Assembly: GCF_000039765.1 (NCBI RefSeq)
Contig: NC_004459.3
Coordinates: 930,001-962,000 of the forward strand
Length of the DNA stretch: 32,000 nt
Direction: 5' to 3'
DNA from: Vibrio vulnificus CMCP6
GTDB lineage: Bacteria; Pseudomonadota; Gammaproteobacteria; Enterobacterales; Vibrionaceae
Position numbers and translations under genes: made by a program. Positions 1-18,520 of this stretch are shown here, piece after piece (the stretch's first letter is position 1; each line of letters starts with the position of its first letter). The notes beneath the pieces were generated by a model. The model did no database searches and had not been told where the DNA came from. It saw nothing but the letters and a program-made list of their open reading frames with translations.

Positions 1-1448
<1,448 letters not shown>

Positions 1449-1787
1449 ATACAACCCCAAAGGGTCTTTGTTAAACAACCAAAGTTGCTATCTCATTATT
1501 TGAATGAGCGAGATAGCGTTGATTTTGCCGGACTCAATTTCGAATAGTCACTAAAAGTGACCTTCCCAAGAACACTTGAATGTGTTTGTTGGTGTTTGTC
1601 TTAAAGACAAACATTGAGAACTTTACAAACAACAATAAATTGTTGTTTTGTCAGCTTTCCAAATTGTTAAAGAGCAATGCAATTCTCTACGAGAAACACA
1701 CTTTTTAAAGACTCTCAGCGTCGAAAAATCAACCACAAACATAAAGAAGGTGGTTTTCATCAAGAAACACTAAAAATATTTAAAGAG

Positions 1788-1863
1788 TGGTGGGCGATAC
1801 CGGGTTCGAACCAGTGACCCCCTGCTTGTAAGGCAGGTGCTCTCCCAACTGAGCTAATCGCCC
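1788..1863 (-). tRNA. tRNA-Val (anticodon TAC)
   Basis: RC GGGCGATTAGCTCAGTTGGGAGAGCACCTGCCTTACAAGCAGGGGGTCACTGGTTCGAACCCGGTATCGCCCACCA; full cloverleaf with encoded CCA. Confidence 0.96.
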
Positions 1864-1877
1864 ATTGCATTCAAGAA

Positions 1878-1953
1878 TGGTGGAGCTATGCGGGATCGAA
1901 CCGCAGACCTCCTGCGTGCAAGGCAGGCGCTCTCCCAGCTGAGCTATAACCCC
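1878..1953 (-). tRNA. tRNA-Ala (anticodon TGC)
   Basis: RC GGGGTTATAGCTCAGCTGGGAGAGCGCCTGCCTTGCACGCAGGAGGTCTGCGGTTCGATCCCGCATAGCTCCACCA. Confidence 0.96.
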
Positions 1954-1967
1954 AACTCTTGAAGTAA

Positions 1968-2043
1968 TGGTGGGTCGTGCAGGATTCGAACCTGCGACCA
2001 ATTGATTAAAAGTCAACTGCTCTACCGACTGAGCTAACGACCC
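1968..2043 (-). tRNA. tRNA-Lys (anticodon TTT)
   Basis: RC GGGTCGTTAGCTCAGTCGGTAGAGCAGTTGACTTTTAATCAATTGGTCGCAGGTTCGAATCCTGCACGACCCACCA. Confidence 0.96.
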
Positions 2044-2044
2044 A

Positions 2045-2120
2045 TGGTATCCCGTAGGGGAGTCGAACCCCTGTTACCGCCGTGAAAGGGCGGTGTCCTA
2101 GGCCTCTAGACGAACGGGAC
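2045..2120 (-). tRNA. tRNA-Glu (anticodon TTC)
   Basis: RC GTCCCGTTCGTCTAGAGGCCTAGGACACCGCCCTTTCACGGCGGTAACAGGGGTTCGACTCCCCTACGGGATACCA. Confidence 0.96.
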
Positions 2121-2187
2121 ACTAAGATACTCTAAACTTTCTAAACCGTATCAATCTGTGTGAACACTCATCGCAATAATCATCGTA

Positions 2188-3730
<1,543 letters not shown>

Positions 3731-3926
3731 AAAGTTTTTTTGAAGCTTGCGCTTCGGCTCAATGAATACTGAATAAATTGACTGTGCCGATACTTAGTAT
3801 CGTTTTGGTCACTCAGTTCATTGATAAATCTTTTGGATTATCATCAACGAGTGCCCACACAGATTGATAGGTTTATATTGTTAAAGAGCTTTGCTTTCAG
3901 CGCTTTAGCACTTAAGCAGGACGCGT

Positions 3927-3954
3927 ATAATACGCTATTGACTCTGTAAGTCAA
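3927..3954 (-). promoter_or_regulatory. rRNA operon P1-like promoter
   Basis: Minus strand TTGACT-N16-TATTAT (-35 at 3949-3954, -10 at 3927-3932), upstream of the 16S leader. Confidence 0.6.
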
Positions 3955-4058
3955 CATAAAACTCTAAGCTTTTTGCTTAAAACTTTATGGTGACTGGTCT
4001 AATTAAAGACAAGTCGAACCTTTTGTCTTCACTTTTTGAAAAAGTGAAAATAAATAGG

Positions 4059-4177
4059 AGCCTGGCGATGTTCTACTCTCACATGGGGAACCCCCACACT
4101 ACCATCGACGCTATTTCGTTTCACTTCTGAGTTCGGAATGGATTCAGGTGGGTCCAAAACGCTATGGTCGCCAAGCA
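4059..4177 (-). rRNA. 5S rRNA
   Basis: RC begins TGCTTGGCGACCATAGCG and ends near AGAACATCGCCAGGCT; follows the 23S. Confidence 0.95.
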
Positions 4178-4299
4178 AATTCTGTTTTTGTCTTCACTTT
4201 TTCTAAAAAAGTGAAAGCAAAAAATCTGGAAAGCTGTTTATGTTCTCTACACATTCAATGTTCTTACATCGAGTCCATCAAAACCCTTTGGGTGTTGTA

Positions 4300-7186
<2,887 letters not shown>

Positions 7187-7465
7187 ATACAACCCCAAAG
7201 GGTCTTTGTTAAACAACCAAAGTTGCTATCTCATTATTTGAATGAGCGAGATAGCGTTGATTTTGCCGGACTCAATTTCGAATAGTCACTAAAAGTGACC
7301 TTCCCAAGAACACTTGAATGTGTTTGTTGGTGTTTGTCCTAAAGACAAACATTGAGAACTTTACAAACAACAATAAATTGTTGTTTTGTCAGCTTTCCAA
7401 ATTGTTAAAGAGCAGATTTCTTTCGAAACCATTTTTAAAGATTCTTAAGGAAAAACCCTTAAAGA

Positions 7466-7541
7466 TGGTGGAGCTAAGCAGGATCGAACTGCTGACCTCC
7501 TGCGTGCAAGGCAGGCGCTCTCCCAGCTGAGCTATAGCCCC
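7466..7541 (-). tRNA. tRNA-Ala (anticodon TGC)
   Basis: RC GGGGCTATAGCTCAGCTGGGAGAGCGCCTGCCTTGCACGCAGGAGGTCAGCAGTTCGATCCTGCTTAGCTCCACCA. Confidence 0.96.
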
Positions 7542-7551
7542 ATCGTTTGAG

Positions 7552-7628
7552 TGGTGGGTCTGAGTGGACTCGAACCACCGACCTTACGCTTATCAGGCGT
7601 ACGCTCTAACCACCTGAGCTACAGACCC
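7552..7628 (-). tRNA. tRNA-Ile (anticodon GAT)
   Basis: RC GGGTCTGTAGCTCAGGTGGTTAGAGCGTACGCCTGATAAGCGTAAGGTCGGTGGTTCGAGTCCACTCAGACCCACCA. Confidence 0.96.
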
Positions 7629-7690
7629 ACTAGATACTCTAATCTAAACCGTATCAATCTGTGTGAACACTCATCGCAATAATCATCGTA

Positions 7691-9232
<1,542 letters not shown>

Positions 9233-9545
9233 AAAAGTTTTTTGAAGCTTTCGCTTCGGCTCAATGAATACTGAATAAATTGACTGTGCCGATACTTAGT
9301 ATCGTTTTGGTCACTCAGTTCATTGATAAATCTTTTGGATTATCATCAACGAGTGCCCACACAGATTGATAGGTTTATATTGTTAAAGAGCTTGCTTTTC
9401 GAGAAGCTTTTCTCTCAAAGCGGAGGTGCATTCTAGCGAGTTAATTTGAAGAGTCAAACACTTTTTCAAATTTATTTTCTCAGAAGCTTTTGCCTCACCC
9501 GACCTTGCTGAAGCCTTACGCTGTCTGCCGTGTCGGTGGATGCGC

Positions 9546-9573
9546 ATTATAGGGAAGGCAGTTTCATTGGCAA
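9546..9573 (-). promoter_or_regulatory. rRNA operon P1 promoter
   Basis: Minus strand TTGCCA-N16-TATAAT followed by GCGC, a GC-rich discriminator-like sequence typical of rrn P1, with an AT-rich stretch upstream. Confidence 0.8.
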
Positions 9574-9696
9574 CCCCTAATTTGAAAAAAAGTCACCAAA
9601 AGCGTTTGTTTGATTACAAAGCCAACAATGTGGCGCAAAAGAGAGCAAAACACCCCCTTTCGCGACTAATAAGATGGGGTAAATGATAGGACAAAC

Positions 9697-10410
9697 TTAA
9701 ATAAAGGCGTATGCATCAGCAAACATTCTTTCACGCTTAGCTTGTTTTTGCTGTGTAAATTGCTCTCTTGCTAAGCCAGCCATCTCAAATCGACCTGCGA
9801 TGTAAATATCGTAGTTTTCCAAACTACTGAAATCCTCGTGGATGGCTTGTAATACGTTACCCACTTTGCCCTGCCAATTCGCAGGAGACTCTTCCACGAC
9901 GGAAATAAAATGCACATTCGCATTTTGGCTGGCAATCAAAGCCAACTCTTCGCTCGCGTAAAGTTGTGAATAATCTCTAGCGCCCCAGTAAAGATAAATT
10001 GAGTTTGGCTTATTCTGCGCGATACAGTGATCGAGAATAGAACGTACATAACTAAAACCCGTTCCACCAGCAATGAGTAACATCGGTCTTTCGCTCTCTT
10101 CGCGGATCCACGCATCGCCATGTGGTGCATCGATATCAATATAGCTATCGTTATCCAATGCATTCTGCATCACCTCCACCACTTCAAGTGCATAAGCATT
10201 ATGTTCGGCAGCACCGATATGTAACTCTAACTCCCCTTCGTGACGACAAGGGCTACTGGCAATGGAAAATGGACGCTTGTCTTTCTCACCCATCACCACC
10301 ATGAGATATTGACCTGCTTTAAAGGAGACTGGTTTTTCAGGATGCAATAGGATCTGGTAAGTGTTGCTGGCTAGTGGCTTAATCGACTTTACTTTACATT
10401 GAATTGTCAT
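9697..10410 (-). CDS. fre: NAD(P)H-flavin reductase
   Basis: 237 aa FNR-like reductase with the RPFSIAS flavin motif and [14 protein letters not shown](P)-binding motif; next to ubiD as in E. coli. Confidence 0.92.
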   Translation of the reverse strand: MTIQCKVKSIKPLASNTYQILLHPEKPVSFKAGQYLMVVMGEKDKRPFSIASSPCRHEGELELHIGAAEHNAYALEVVEVMQNALDNDSYIDIDAPHGDAWIREESERPMLLIAGGTGFSYVRSILDHCIAQNKPNSIYLYWGARDYSQLYASEELALIASQNANVHFISVVEESPANWQGKVGNVLQAIHEDFSSLENYDIYIAGRFEMAGLAREQFTQQKQAKRERMFADAYAFI

Positions 10411-10424
10411 GGTATTCCTCTGAC

Positions 10425-10697
10425 TTACTCTTCGGCGAAGGTAAGTTCTAAATTACTTTCTGTATAGGCCAGACAAGGAAATATCCAGCCTTGTCGTTGT
10501 TCTTGTTCAGTTAATAGTGGCTCTAGTTGATAACGAATCTCTCCAGAGACTTTTCGGCACATGCACATGGCACATGAACCCATTTGGCAACGGTTTGGAA
10601 ACGCAATGTTATTGTTGAGCGCAGCGTCCAAAACCGTTTCACCTTCTCTAACGACAAAAGAGATATCCATAGGAAGAAGGCGTACCATATGGCTCAT
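10425..10697 (-). CDS. Small 2Fe-2S ferredoxin-like protein
   Basis: Motif [17 protein letters not shown]...FPCLAY gives the CX4CX2C...C ligand pattern. The track start at 10718 is extended; ATG 10695-10697 overlaps the ubiD stop as ATGA. Confidence 0.85.
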   Translation of the reverse strand: MSHMVRLLPMDISFVVREGETVLDAALNNNIAFPNRCQMGSCAMCMCRKVSGEIRYQLEPLLTEQEQRQGWIFPCLAYTESNLELTFAEE

Positions 10698-12547
10698 AGA
10701 ATACCGAACTCCTGCCAAAGCGCATCGACTTTAGCCACAAGTTTAGGATCTTTTTTAATCGGTTTTCCCCATTCTCTCGTGATTTCTTCAGGGTACTTAT
10801 TGGTGGCATCAAAAACCAATTTAGCGCTACAACTCTCACTACCGTCTATCTTCAACGTATCGCGTGCTGGATCCATCCGCGTAGTGATCGCCCAGATGAT
10901 GTCATGCCAATCATCGGCTTTGACATCGTCATCACACACCACGATAAATTTATTGCGCTGTTTGACGCTCTCGACTTGCCATAAGCTTTCTACCACTTCT
11001 TTGCATTGCCCAGCATGGGTTTTATTGATTTTAACAACCATAAACTGACCACTCGCAACCGCTGGCACATAGATATCTGATATTAGAGGATGGACCGCTT
11101 TAAGTGCATTCACATCGATACCAATCTGCGACGCAAACTCTGTGGACACCGTCGCCCCTTGCAATGCTAGCTCCGCCTCCCATTTTATGGTGGCATCTAG
11201 GCCCATCTTTGAACCTAACCCAGCCACAGGTGAGGCAAAATCGAGAGAATCTATCGGCGTGCTCTCAATAAATAGAGAGTCGAGTATTGGGTTCATATTT
11301 TCCGTCATCGCCTTAACGACATCATCCCAATCACGCGCATTCACTGATTCATCACACACCACTACATACTTGGTATACATGAACTGACGTAAAAAAGACC
11401 AAACGCCCATCATCACGCGTTTCGCATGGCCTGGGTATTGCTTTTTCATCGTCACGACAGCCATTCGGTAAGAGCACCCTTCCGGTGGCAGATAGAAATC
11501 TTCTATTTCAGGGAACTGCTTTTGCAAGATTGGCACGAAAACTTCATTGAGGGCCACCCCTAATACCGCGGGTTCATCTGGTGGGCGACCAGTGTAAGTA
11601 CTATGATAGATAGGCTCTTTACGCATCGTAATATGCGTGATGGTAAAAACGTGGTGCTTTTCCTTTTCATTGTAATAGCCAGTATGGTCACCATAAGGCC
11701 CCTCATCGGCATACTCGTTTGGGTCGATATAGCCTTCGAGCACAATCTCTGCACTCGCGGGGATTTCGAGATCATTGCTGACGGACTTAACCACTTCGGT
11801 TTTACTCCCACGCAAGAGACCTGCAAAAGCATATTCCGAAAGTGTATCTGGTACTGGTGTCACCGCCCCTAGAATGGTGGCAGGATCCGCACCGAATGCA
11901 ACCGACACAGGAAAAGGTTTTCCGGGGTATTTTTCCATCCAGTCACGCAGATCCAAAGCCCCACCTCGGTGTGCTAGCCAGCGCATGATGATTTTGTTTT
12001 TCGCGATTTTCTGTTGACGGTAGATTCCCAAATTTTGGCGCTTCTTGTTGGGACCTCGCGTAATGGTTAATCCCCAAGTTAACAGTGGCGCAACATCATC
12101 TTGCCAGCAGCTCATCACGGGAATCTTGTCCAGATCAACCTCTTCACCTTGCCAAACCACTTCTTGGCATGCTGCTTTGCGTAAACGCTTCACAGGCATA
12201 TTTAAAACTTGTTTGAACACAGGCAGCTTATCCAAAGCGTCTTTAAAACCTTTAGGTGGCTCAGGTTCTTTGAGATAGGCAAGCCACTGCCCAACCTCAC
12301 GCAATTCTTTAACTTGTTCTCTTCCCATCCCCATCGCAACACGCTCAGCGGTACCAAATAAGTTTGTCAACACTGGGATATCGTAACCAATTGGGTTTTC
12401 GAACAGTAAAGCCGGGCCGCCCGCTCGTAGTGTTCGGTCACTGATCTCGGTCATTTCATAGGCGGGATCAACTGGGTGAGTAATGCGCTTTAATTGCCCT
12501 TTCTTCTCTAGGTGATTGAGGAAGTCGCGTAAATCCTTAAAACTCAT
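10694..12547 (-). CDS. ubiD: 3-polyprenyl-4-hydroxybenzoate decarboxylase UbiD
   Basis: 617 aa beginning [35 protein letters not shown], with [45 protein letters not shown]. Confidence 0.95.
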   Translation of the reverse strand: MSFKDLRDFLNHLEKKGQLKRITHPVDPAYEMTEISDRTLRAGGPALLFENPIGYDIPVLTNLFGTAERVAMGMGREQVKELREVGQWLAYLKEPEPPKGFKDALDKLPVFKQVLNMPVKRLRKAACQEVVWQGEEVDLDKIPVMSCWQDDVAPLLTWGLTITRGPNKKRQNLGIYRQQKIAKNKIIMRWLAHRGGALDLRDWMEKYPGKPFPVSVAFGADPATILGAVTPVPDTLSEYAFAGLLRGSKTEVVKSVSNDLEIPASAEIVLEGYIDPNEYADEGPYGDHTGYYNEKEKHHVFTITHITMRKEPIYHSTYTGRPPDEPAVLGVALNEVFVPILQKQFPEIEDFYLPPEGCSYRMAVVTMKKQYPGHAKRVMMGVWSFLRQFMYTKYVVVCDESVNARDWDDVVKAMTENMNPILDSLFIESTPIDSLDFASPVAGLGSKMGLDATIKWEAELALQGATVSTEFASQIGIDVNALKAVHPLISDIYVPAVASGQFMVVKINKTHAGQCKEVVESLWQVESVKQRNKFIVVCDDDVKADDWHDIIWAITTRMDPARDTLKIDGSESCSAKLVFDATNKYPEEITREWGKPIKKDPKLVAKVDALWQEFGIL

Positions 12548-12639
12548 AGGCCTTCTACATGAAGTGGGTAAACTTGAGGCAGTATAACAAAACGCATTTC
12601 GATAGGATCCGCTAATTTTGTGAGGCTATTTTGCAACTT

Positions 12640-13632
12640 TTATTTTAAAGCTTGTGCGATGAGATGACGCTTAACCGGGTAGCCACCCGATAATACCTCT
12701 TGCAACCATCCCTCATGACCTTGTTTACTGAGCTCTTTCGCCACCAGCACAGCATCATCAGGCAGAGCCATTCTCGTAATAAGAAACTGCTTCACGTCTT
12801 GGGAGAGCGGATGTTTACTTGCCAGCGCCTGAATCGCTTGTTCTTTCAGGCTTGGATTCAACGCTGCCGCCATCACTTGTTGCAACGCCTGTTCATCTCC
12901 CATAGACGCCAAACGTGTTAACTCTGCTTGGCTGTTGTGATCCGCTTTCATCCGCCACAATAGATGATACACATCTGGACGCTCGCTCACTTGAGCAAAA
13001 CGCACGACGACGGCGGAAGAAGGTAACCAAGTGGTGATGGGCTTATCGACTAATTGATTCACTAATCGATCTAACGCTTCTGGCGATAAACTGTCCAACT
13101 CTTTGAGTAGCAAAGATTCACGCAATTGAACTTGATGAGTAGAGCCTGAGAGCCACGTCTGCAAATCAAGCTTTCCTTGCTCCGCTAATAAAATGAACTC
13201 CAACGTGGATTGGTCTTGTTTCCAACGTTTGATAAGTCGACTGGCAATGGCAGGATAGTTAAACGCAGGGACAGTAAACTCGTAACCATCCCCTTTTTCA
13301 ACCACTTGGTAAGCTGGTGTTTGCTTGATTTGTGAATCGACAAAAAGCGCCATCCGAGGCGTTAAGATCACTTGATTTTTCTCAAGCTTATCGAGCAAGA
13401 CATAACGCACCACTTCTTGTTGAGGGAGTGCCAATCGTTCTAAAGAAAACTTCAGCTCATTTGTTTTGTCGCGAAGTGCATAATCCAAAAGTTCAGAGAC
13501 TTTGCTCTCGACTTGTTGATCTTGAAGCCACTGCTGCACCGTGTCGGCTGGCACTTCCTTCGCCAACGCAATCTGCGGCATCCAAAACAGTGATAAAGAG
13601 AGGAGTAGCGACGACAACAATCCATGTTGCAT
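12640..13632 (-). CDS. Conserved exported protein of unknown function, helical-repeat-like
   Basis: 330 aa with N-terminal signal peptide (MQHGLLSSLLLSLSLFWMPQIALAKE) and Ala/Leu-rich helical repeats in the C-terminal half. Confidence 0.65.
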   Translation of the reverse strand: MQHGLLSSLLLSLSLFWMPQIALAKEVPADTVQQWLQDQQVESKVSELLDYALRDKTNELKFSLERLALPQQEVVRYVLLDKLEKNQVILTPRMALFVDSQIKQTPAYQVVEKGDGYEFTVPAFNYPAIASRLIKRWKQDQSTLEFILLAEQGKLDLQTWLSGSTHQVQLRESLLLKELDSLSPEALDRLVNQLVDKPITTWLPSSAVVVRFAQVSERPDVYHLLWRMKADHNSQAELTRLASMGDEQALQQVMAAALNPSLKEQAIQALASKHPLSQDVKQFLITRMALPDDAVLVAKELSKQGHEGWLQEVLSGGYPVKRHLIAQALK

Positions 13633-13690
13633 ATTAACCTCCTGTTAACATTCAAATCCATTCTGAACAGTTATTCGGCTAAATGCAAAC

Positions 13691-13721
13691 AAAAACGCCA
13701 CTCGAGGTGAGTGGCGTTTTC
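13691..13721 (-). terminator. Rho-independent terminator downstream of rho (possibly bidirectional)
   Basis: aaaaacgccactc-gaggt-gagtggcgtttt: 8+ bp GC-rich stem with A/T tracts. Confidence 0.85.
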
Positions 13722-13735
13722 TTAAAGTCAGTCTT

Positions 13736-14995
13736 TTATTGACGGCGCATTGCGTCAAAAAATTCATCGTTGGTTTTCGTCATCGCAAGCTTGTCGATGA
13801 GGAACTCCATCGCGTCTGTTTCGCCCATAGGATGAACAATCTTACGCAGAATCCACATTTTCTGTAGTTCATCTGGCTTCGTCAGCAACTCTTCACGACG
13901 AGTACCAGAGCGGTTGAAGTCAATCGCAGGGAATACACGTTTTTCCGCGATCTTACGGTTCAAATGCAGTTCCATGTTACCAGTACCCTTGAACTCTTCG
14001 TAGATCACTTCGTCCATCTTAGAACCTGTGTCAACCAACGCAGTCGCGATAATGGTTAAGCTACCGCCTTCCTCAACATTACGCGCCGCACCGAAGAAAC
14101 GTTTTGGACGATGCAGTGCGTTTGCGTCCACACCACCAGTCAGTACTTTACCTGATGAAGGGACAACGGTGTTGTATGCGCGAGCAAGACGAGTAATTGA
14201 GTCAAGTAGAATCACCACATCTTTCTTGTGCTCAACGAGACGCTTCGCTTTCTCGATAACCATTTCTGCAACTTGAACGTGGCGAGAGGCTGGCTCATCG
14301 AAAGTAGAAGCAACCACTTCACCTTTCACTAGACGCTGCATCTCGGTCACTTCTTCTGGACGTTCGTCAATCAGTAGAACCATCAACACACACTCAGGGT
14401 GGTTGTAAGTGATACTCTGCGCAATATTTTGTAGCAGCATGGTTTTACCCGCTTTTGGCGGAGCAACAATCAAACCACGTTGACCTTTACCAATCGGCGA
14501 TGCCAAATCCAATACACGCGCTGTGATGTCTTCTGTCGAACCATTACCACGCTCCATCACCATACGCTCATTCGCGTGCAGCGGCGTCAAGTTCTCAAAT
14601 AGGATCTTGTTGCGAGCGTTGTCTGGTCTATCATCGTTAACCGTGTTGACTTTCAACAGTGCAAAGTAACGTTCGCCATCTTTAGGTGGGCGAATTTTCC
14701 CTGCAATCGAGTCACCAGTACGTAGGTTGAAACGACGAATTTGGCTTGGTGATACGTAGATATCGTCCGGACCAGCTAGGTACGAACTGTCTGCACTACG
14801 TAGGAAACCAAAACCGTCTTGCAGAATTTCCAGAACCCCATCGCCAAAGATATCTTCGCCGCCTTTCGCGTGCGCTTTGAGGATTGCGAAGATGATGTCT
14901 TGTTTACGTAAACGCGCCAGGTTTTCCAGACCCAAGCTTTCGCCAAGCTTGACCAGGTCTGATACCGGTTTGTTTTTCAATTCGGTAAGGTTCAT
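13736..14995 (-). CDS. rho: Transcription termination factor Rho
   Basis: [40 protein letters not shown]...[19 protein letters not shown], nearly identical to E. coli Rho. The likely start is 14995, the MNLTELKN methionine, not 15019. Confidence 0.98.
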   Translation of the reverse strand: MNLTELKNKPVSDLVKLGESLGLENLARLRKQDIIFAILKAHAKGGEDIFGDGVLEILQDGFGFLRSADSSYLAGPDDIYVSPSQIRRFNLRTGDSIAGKIRPPKDGERYFALLKVNTVNDDRPDNARNKILFENLTPLHANERMVMERGNGSTEDITARVLDLASPIGKGQRGLIVAPPKAGKTMLLQNIAQSITYNHPECVLMVLLIDERPEEVTEMQRLVKGEVVASTFDEPASRHVQVAEMVIEKAKRLVEHKKDVVILLDSITRLARAYNTVVPSSGKVLTGGVDANALHRPKRFFGAARNVEEGGSLTIIATALVDTGSKMDEVIYEEFKGTGNMELHLNRKIAEKRVFPAIDFNRSGTRREELLTKPDELQKMWILRKIVHPMGETDAMEFLIDKLAMTKTNDEFFDAMRRQ

Positions 14996-15140
14996 GGTGG
15001 TGGATTCTTGTTTAGTCAAAATAAGATCTGTTTTCTAGTTAAGATGGATTTGGTCTCAGGATCGACCAAGAAGAGAAAGTTGTTTAATTAACGTGCGATA
15101 AATTAGCACTAAATAAAACTCTAGTCCAGAGTTTGAAAAA

Positions 15141-15176
15141 AACAAAACCGCGCATTTTGATATTGCACGGTTTTGT
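15141..15176 (-). terminator. Rho-independent terminator of trxA
   Basis: RC AACAAAACCGTGCAATATCAAAATGCGCGGTTTTGTTTTTTTC: imperfect stem followed by a T run. Confidence 0.7.
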
Positions 15177-15193
15177 TATTAATCACTTATGGA

Positions 15194-15520
15194 TTATAGG
15201 TTCGCATCCAAAAACTCTTTCAATTGAGTTTTTGACAGTGCGCCCACTTTCGTCGCAGCTACGCTGCCGTTTTTGAAAAGCAGCAGGGTTGGGATGCCAC
15301 GAATACCAAACTTAGGTGGTGTGCCCGCGTTGTGGTCAATATTCAGTTTGCCGATAGTGAGTTTGCCTTCGTACTCTTCTGCGATTTCGTCCAGGATTGG
15401 GGCAATCATCTTACAAGGACCACACCATTCTGCCCAAAAATCAACTAGTACTGGGCCTGCAGCGTTGATAACGTCGTTTTCGAAACCTTCGTCAGACAGC
15501 TGCAAAATCTTGTCACTCAT
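15194..15520 (-). CDS. trxA: Thioredoxin 1
   Basis: [41 protein letters not shown], with the WCGPC active site. Start adjusted from 15532. Confidence 0.97.
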   Translation of the reverse strand: MSDKILQLSDEGFENDVINAAGPVLVDFWAEWCGPCKMIAPILDEIAEEYEGKLTIGKLNIDHNAGTPPKFGIRGIPTLLLFKNGSVAATKVGALSKTQLKEFLDANL

Positions 15521-15631
15521 CTTCCACTCCAATGTGTTTTTCGAAACTGGTTGGATGATAACCAGTAATTTGATGCTCTATTGGAATGTATTTGCTTTCT
15601 TAATGCAAGCTTTAGCTGATATTCTATAGCC

Positions 15632-16939
15632 ATGAAAAAGACGCATATCACAGAGCAAAAGTTCGCCGATTTGGGTTTAAATCCCCAAGTTGTTGAAGGA
15701 TTGGAAAAAAAAGGGTTTGAGTTTTGTACCCCTATCCAAGCCTTGGCGTTGCCGGTACTGCTCTCCGGCCAAGACATCGCAGGCCAGGCCCAAACCGGGA
15801 CTGGTAAAACGCTCGCGTTTCTTACTGCTACCTTTAACCATTTGTTGACCACACCTGCACACGAAGGCCGTCAGCCAACCCAGCCACGTGCCATCATCAT
15901 GGCGCCAACACGTGAGTTAGCGATTCAGATCTACAACGATGCTGAGCCTCTAATCGCAAGTACTGGCATCAAAGCAGCCCTCGCTTACGGCGGTGAAAGC
16001 TATGATAAGCAGTTAACCAAGCTACAAGGTGGCGTTGACGTTCTGATCGGCACCACTGGTCGTATTATCGATTTTTACAAGCAGCGTGTGTTTAACCTCA
16101 ATAACATTCAAGCGGTTGTGCTTGATGAAGCCGATCGCATGTTCGATTTGGGTTTCATTAAAGACATTCGTTTCTTGTTCCGCCGTATGCCAGCACCACA
16201 AGAGCGTCTGAACATGTTGTTCTCAGCAACGCTTTCTTACCGCGTGCAAGAATTGGCGTTTGAGCACATGCATAACCCAGAGCACGTTGTGGTTGAGCCT
16301 GAACAAAAAACTGGCCACCGCATTCAAGAAGAGCTGTTCTACCCTTCTAATGAAGATAAAATGGCGCTGCTACAAACACTGATTGAAGAAGAATGGCCAG
16401 ATCGCGCGATCATTTTCGCTAACACTAAATATAAGTGTGAATCCATCTGGGCTCATCTTGCTGCCGATGGTCACCGTGTTGGCCTGCTCACTGGTGATGT
16501 TCCACAGAAGAAACGCGAAAAGATTCTTGAGCAATTTACTCAAGGTTCTGTAGATCTCCTCGTGGCAACCGACGTGGCAGCTCGTGGCCTGCACATACCG
16601 CAAGTAACGCATGTCTTTAACTACGATTTACCTGATGACTGTGAAGACTACGTTCACCGTATTGGCCGTACTGGCCGTGCTGGTGCAAGTGGCCATTCGA
16701 TCAGCTTTGCTTGTGAAGACTACGCCATCAACTTGCCAGCAATTGAAGAATACATTGAGCACACCATTCCGGTCTCGGATTACGATTCAAGTGCCTTGAT
16801 CCAAGATCTACCAGCGCCAGTCCGTACACCTTCTGCGCGTAATCAGCAACGCCGCACGAACACTGGCGGTGCACGTTCAGGTGATCGTAAGTCAAACAAC
16901 CGTCGTCCACGACAACCGCGTCAACACAAGGAAGCGTAA
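15632..16939 (+). CDS. rhlB: ATP-dependent RNA helicase RhlB
   Basis: DEAD-box motifs [25 protein letters not shown]; divergent from trxA/rho as in Enterobacteria. Confidence 0.95.
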
Positions 16940-16946
16940 ACCGTTT

Positions 16947-18440
16947 ATGAGTCAGGCAGGCAATTCTCCGCTTTATGCAGCCATCGATCTCGGGTCGAAT
17001 AGTTTTCATATGCTCGTAGTGCGTCATATCGATGGCAGCGTTCAAACTATGGCTAAAATCAAACGCAAAGTGCGTCTTGCCGCTGGGCTTGATGAACACA
17101 ATGCGCTCAGTAAAGAAGCGATGCAGCGAGGATGGGATTGCCTGAGCTTATTTGCGGAACGGTTGCAAGATATCCCCGCAGAGCACATTCGTATTGTTGG
17201 CACAGCCACACTGCGCACCGCCACTAATGTCGATCTGTTTCTGCAAAAGGCCAATCAAATCCTTGGCCACCCGATTGAAGTCATTTCTGGGGAAGAAGAA
17301 GCCGCGACGATTTACAAAGGCGTGGCGCACACCTCAGGGGGAAGCGGCCGACGCTTAGTGGTGGATATTGGTGGCGCGAGCACCGAGCTGATCATCGGTG
17401 AGGGGTTTGAAGCCAAAGCGCTGACGAGCCTCAAGATGGGTTGCGTAACTTGGCTGGAAAACTTTTTCAAAGATCGCCAACTCAGTGCACGCAACTTTGA
17501 GGCCGCCATTGAAGGGGCCAAGCAAACCTTATTACCGATCCTGGAGCAATACAAATCACTCGGTTGGGATGTTTGTGTGGGCGCTTCCGGTACCGTACAA
17601 GCTCTGCAGGAAATCATGTTAGCGCAAGGCATGGACGAGGTCATTACCCACGCTAAGCTTAAGCGCTTACAAAAACAGGCCATGCTTGCGGATCATCTCG
17701 AAGAACTTGAAATTGAAGGGTTAACCCTCGAAAGAGCACTGGTCTTCCCTAGTGGTTTATCGATTTTGATCGCTATTTTCGAACTGCTGGAAATCGACGC
17801 CATGACGCTTGCTGGCGGCGCTTTGCGTGAAGGCTTGGCTTACGAGATGATGAGTGAGTTACGCCAAGATGATATTCGAGCACGCACGATTGGTAGCATC
17901 CAGAGTCGTTACCAGCTCGACAGTCAATATGGTCAGCAAGTCGCGAATTTGGCCTTAAAGCTGCTGCAACAAGTGGGCGACGTGATGTGGATCCCTGAAC
18001 CACAAGGGGCCATGTTGCTAGAGACCACAGCCAAACTGCATGAAATTGGGTTGACCATTGATTTCAAAAAAGGTGGTGAGCACAGTGCGTATCTGATGCA
18101 GCATCTGGATCTTCCAGGGTTTACTCGCGCACAGAAATTCTTAATGGGTGAAATTGCCCGTCGTTATCGTGAAGGCTTAACCTCGCTCCCAGAACAGCAT
18201 GCACTGTCTGGCAACAGCGGCAAGCGCCTGCTGCGTTTATTACGCTTGGCCGTGATATTGTCGCATCGCCGTCAGCCATCCTTAGAGCCTGAGGTGACCC
18301 TGAGTGCTGAGGGTGACAAACTCACTTTAGCGATTGATGCGCAATGGTTGGAAAACAATCCACTCACTGCAGCGGAACTGGAACTGGAAGCCAACCGCCA
18401 AACCGACATTGGCTGGCCTTTGGTTATAGAAAGTCGCTAG
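16947..18440 (+). CDS. gppA: Guanosine-5'-triphosphate,3'-diphosphate pyrophosphatase (Ppx/GppA family)
   Basis: [27 protein letters not shown]...[14 protein letters not shown]; directly downstream of rhlB. Start adjusted from 16869. Confidence 0.93.
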
Positions 18441-18452
18441 CTCACAGAGAAT

Positions 18453-18487
18453 AAAAAATCCCGAACCATGATGATTCGGGATTTTTT
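18453..18487 (+). terminator. Rho-independent terminator (gppA; symmetric, may also serve yhhQ)
   Basis: AAAAAATCCCGAA-CCATGATGA-TTCGGGATTTTTT. Confidence 0.85.
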
Positions 18488-18520
18488 GTTTGTGCCACTC
18501 GAAATGAGAGCAACTGGCCA

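Noticed and set aside
7318-7530. ORF encoding MCLLVFVLKTNIENFTNNNKLL...
   Set aside because: Runs through the rRNA spacer into tRNA-Ala and tRNA-associated sequence; not coding.
10584-12278. Opposite-strand ORFs over ubiD (10584..11048, 11142..11387, 11603..11872 and others)
   Set aside because: Shadow ORFs of a well-conserved gene, with low-complexity unfamiliar translations.
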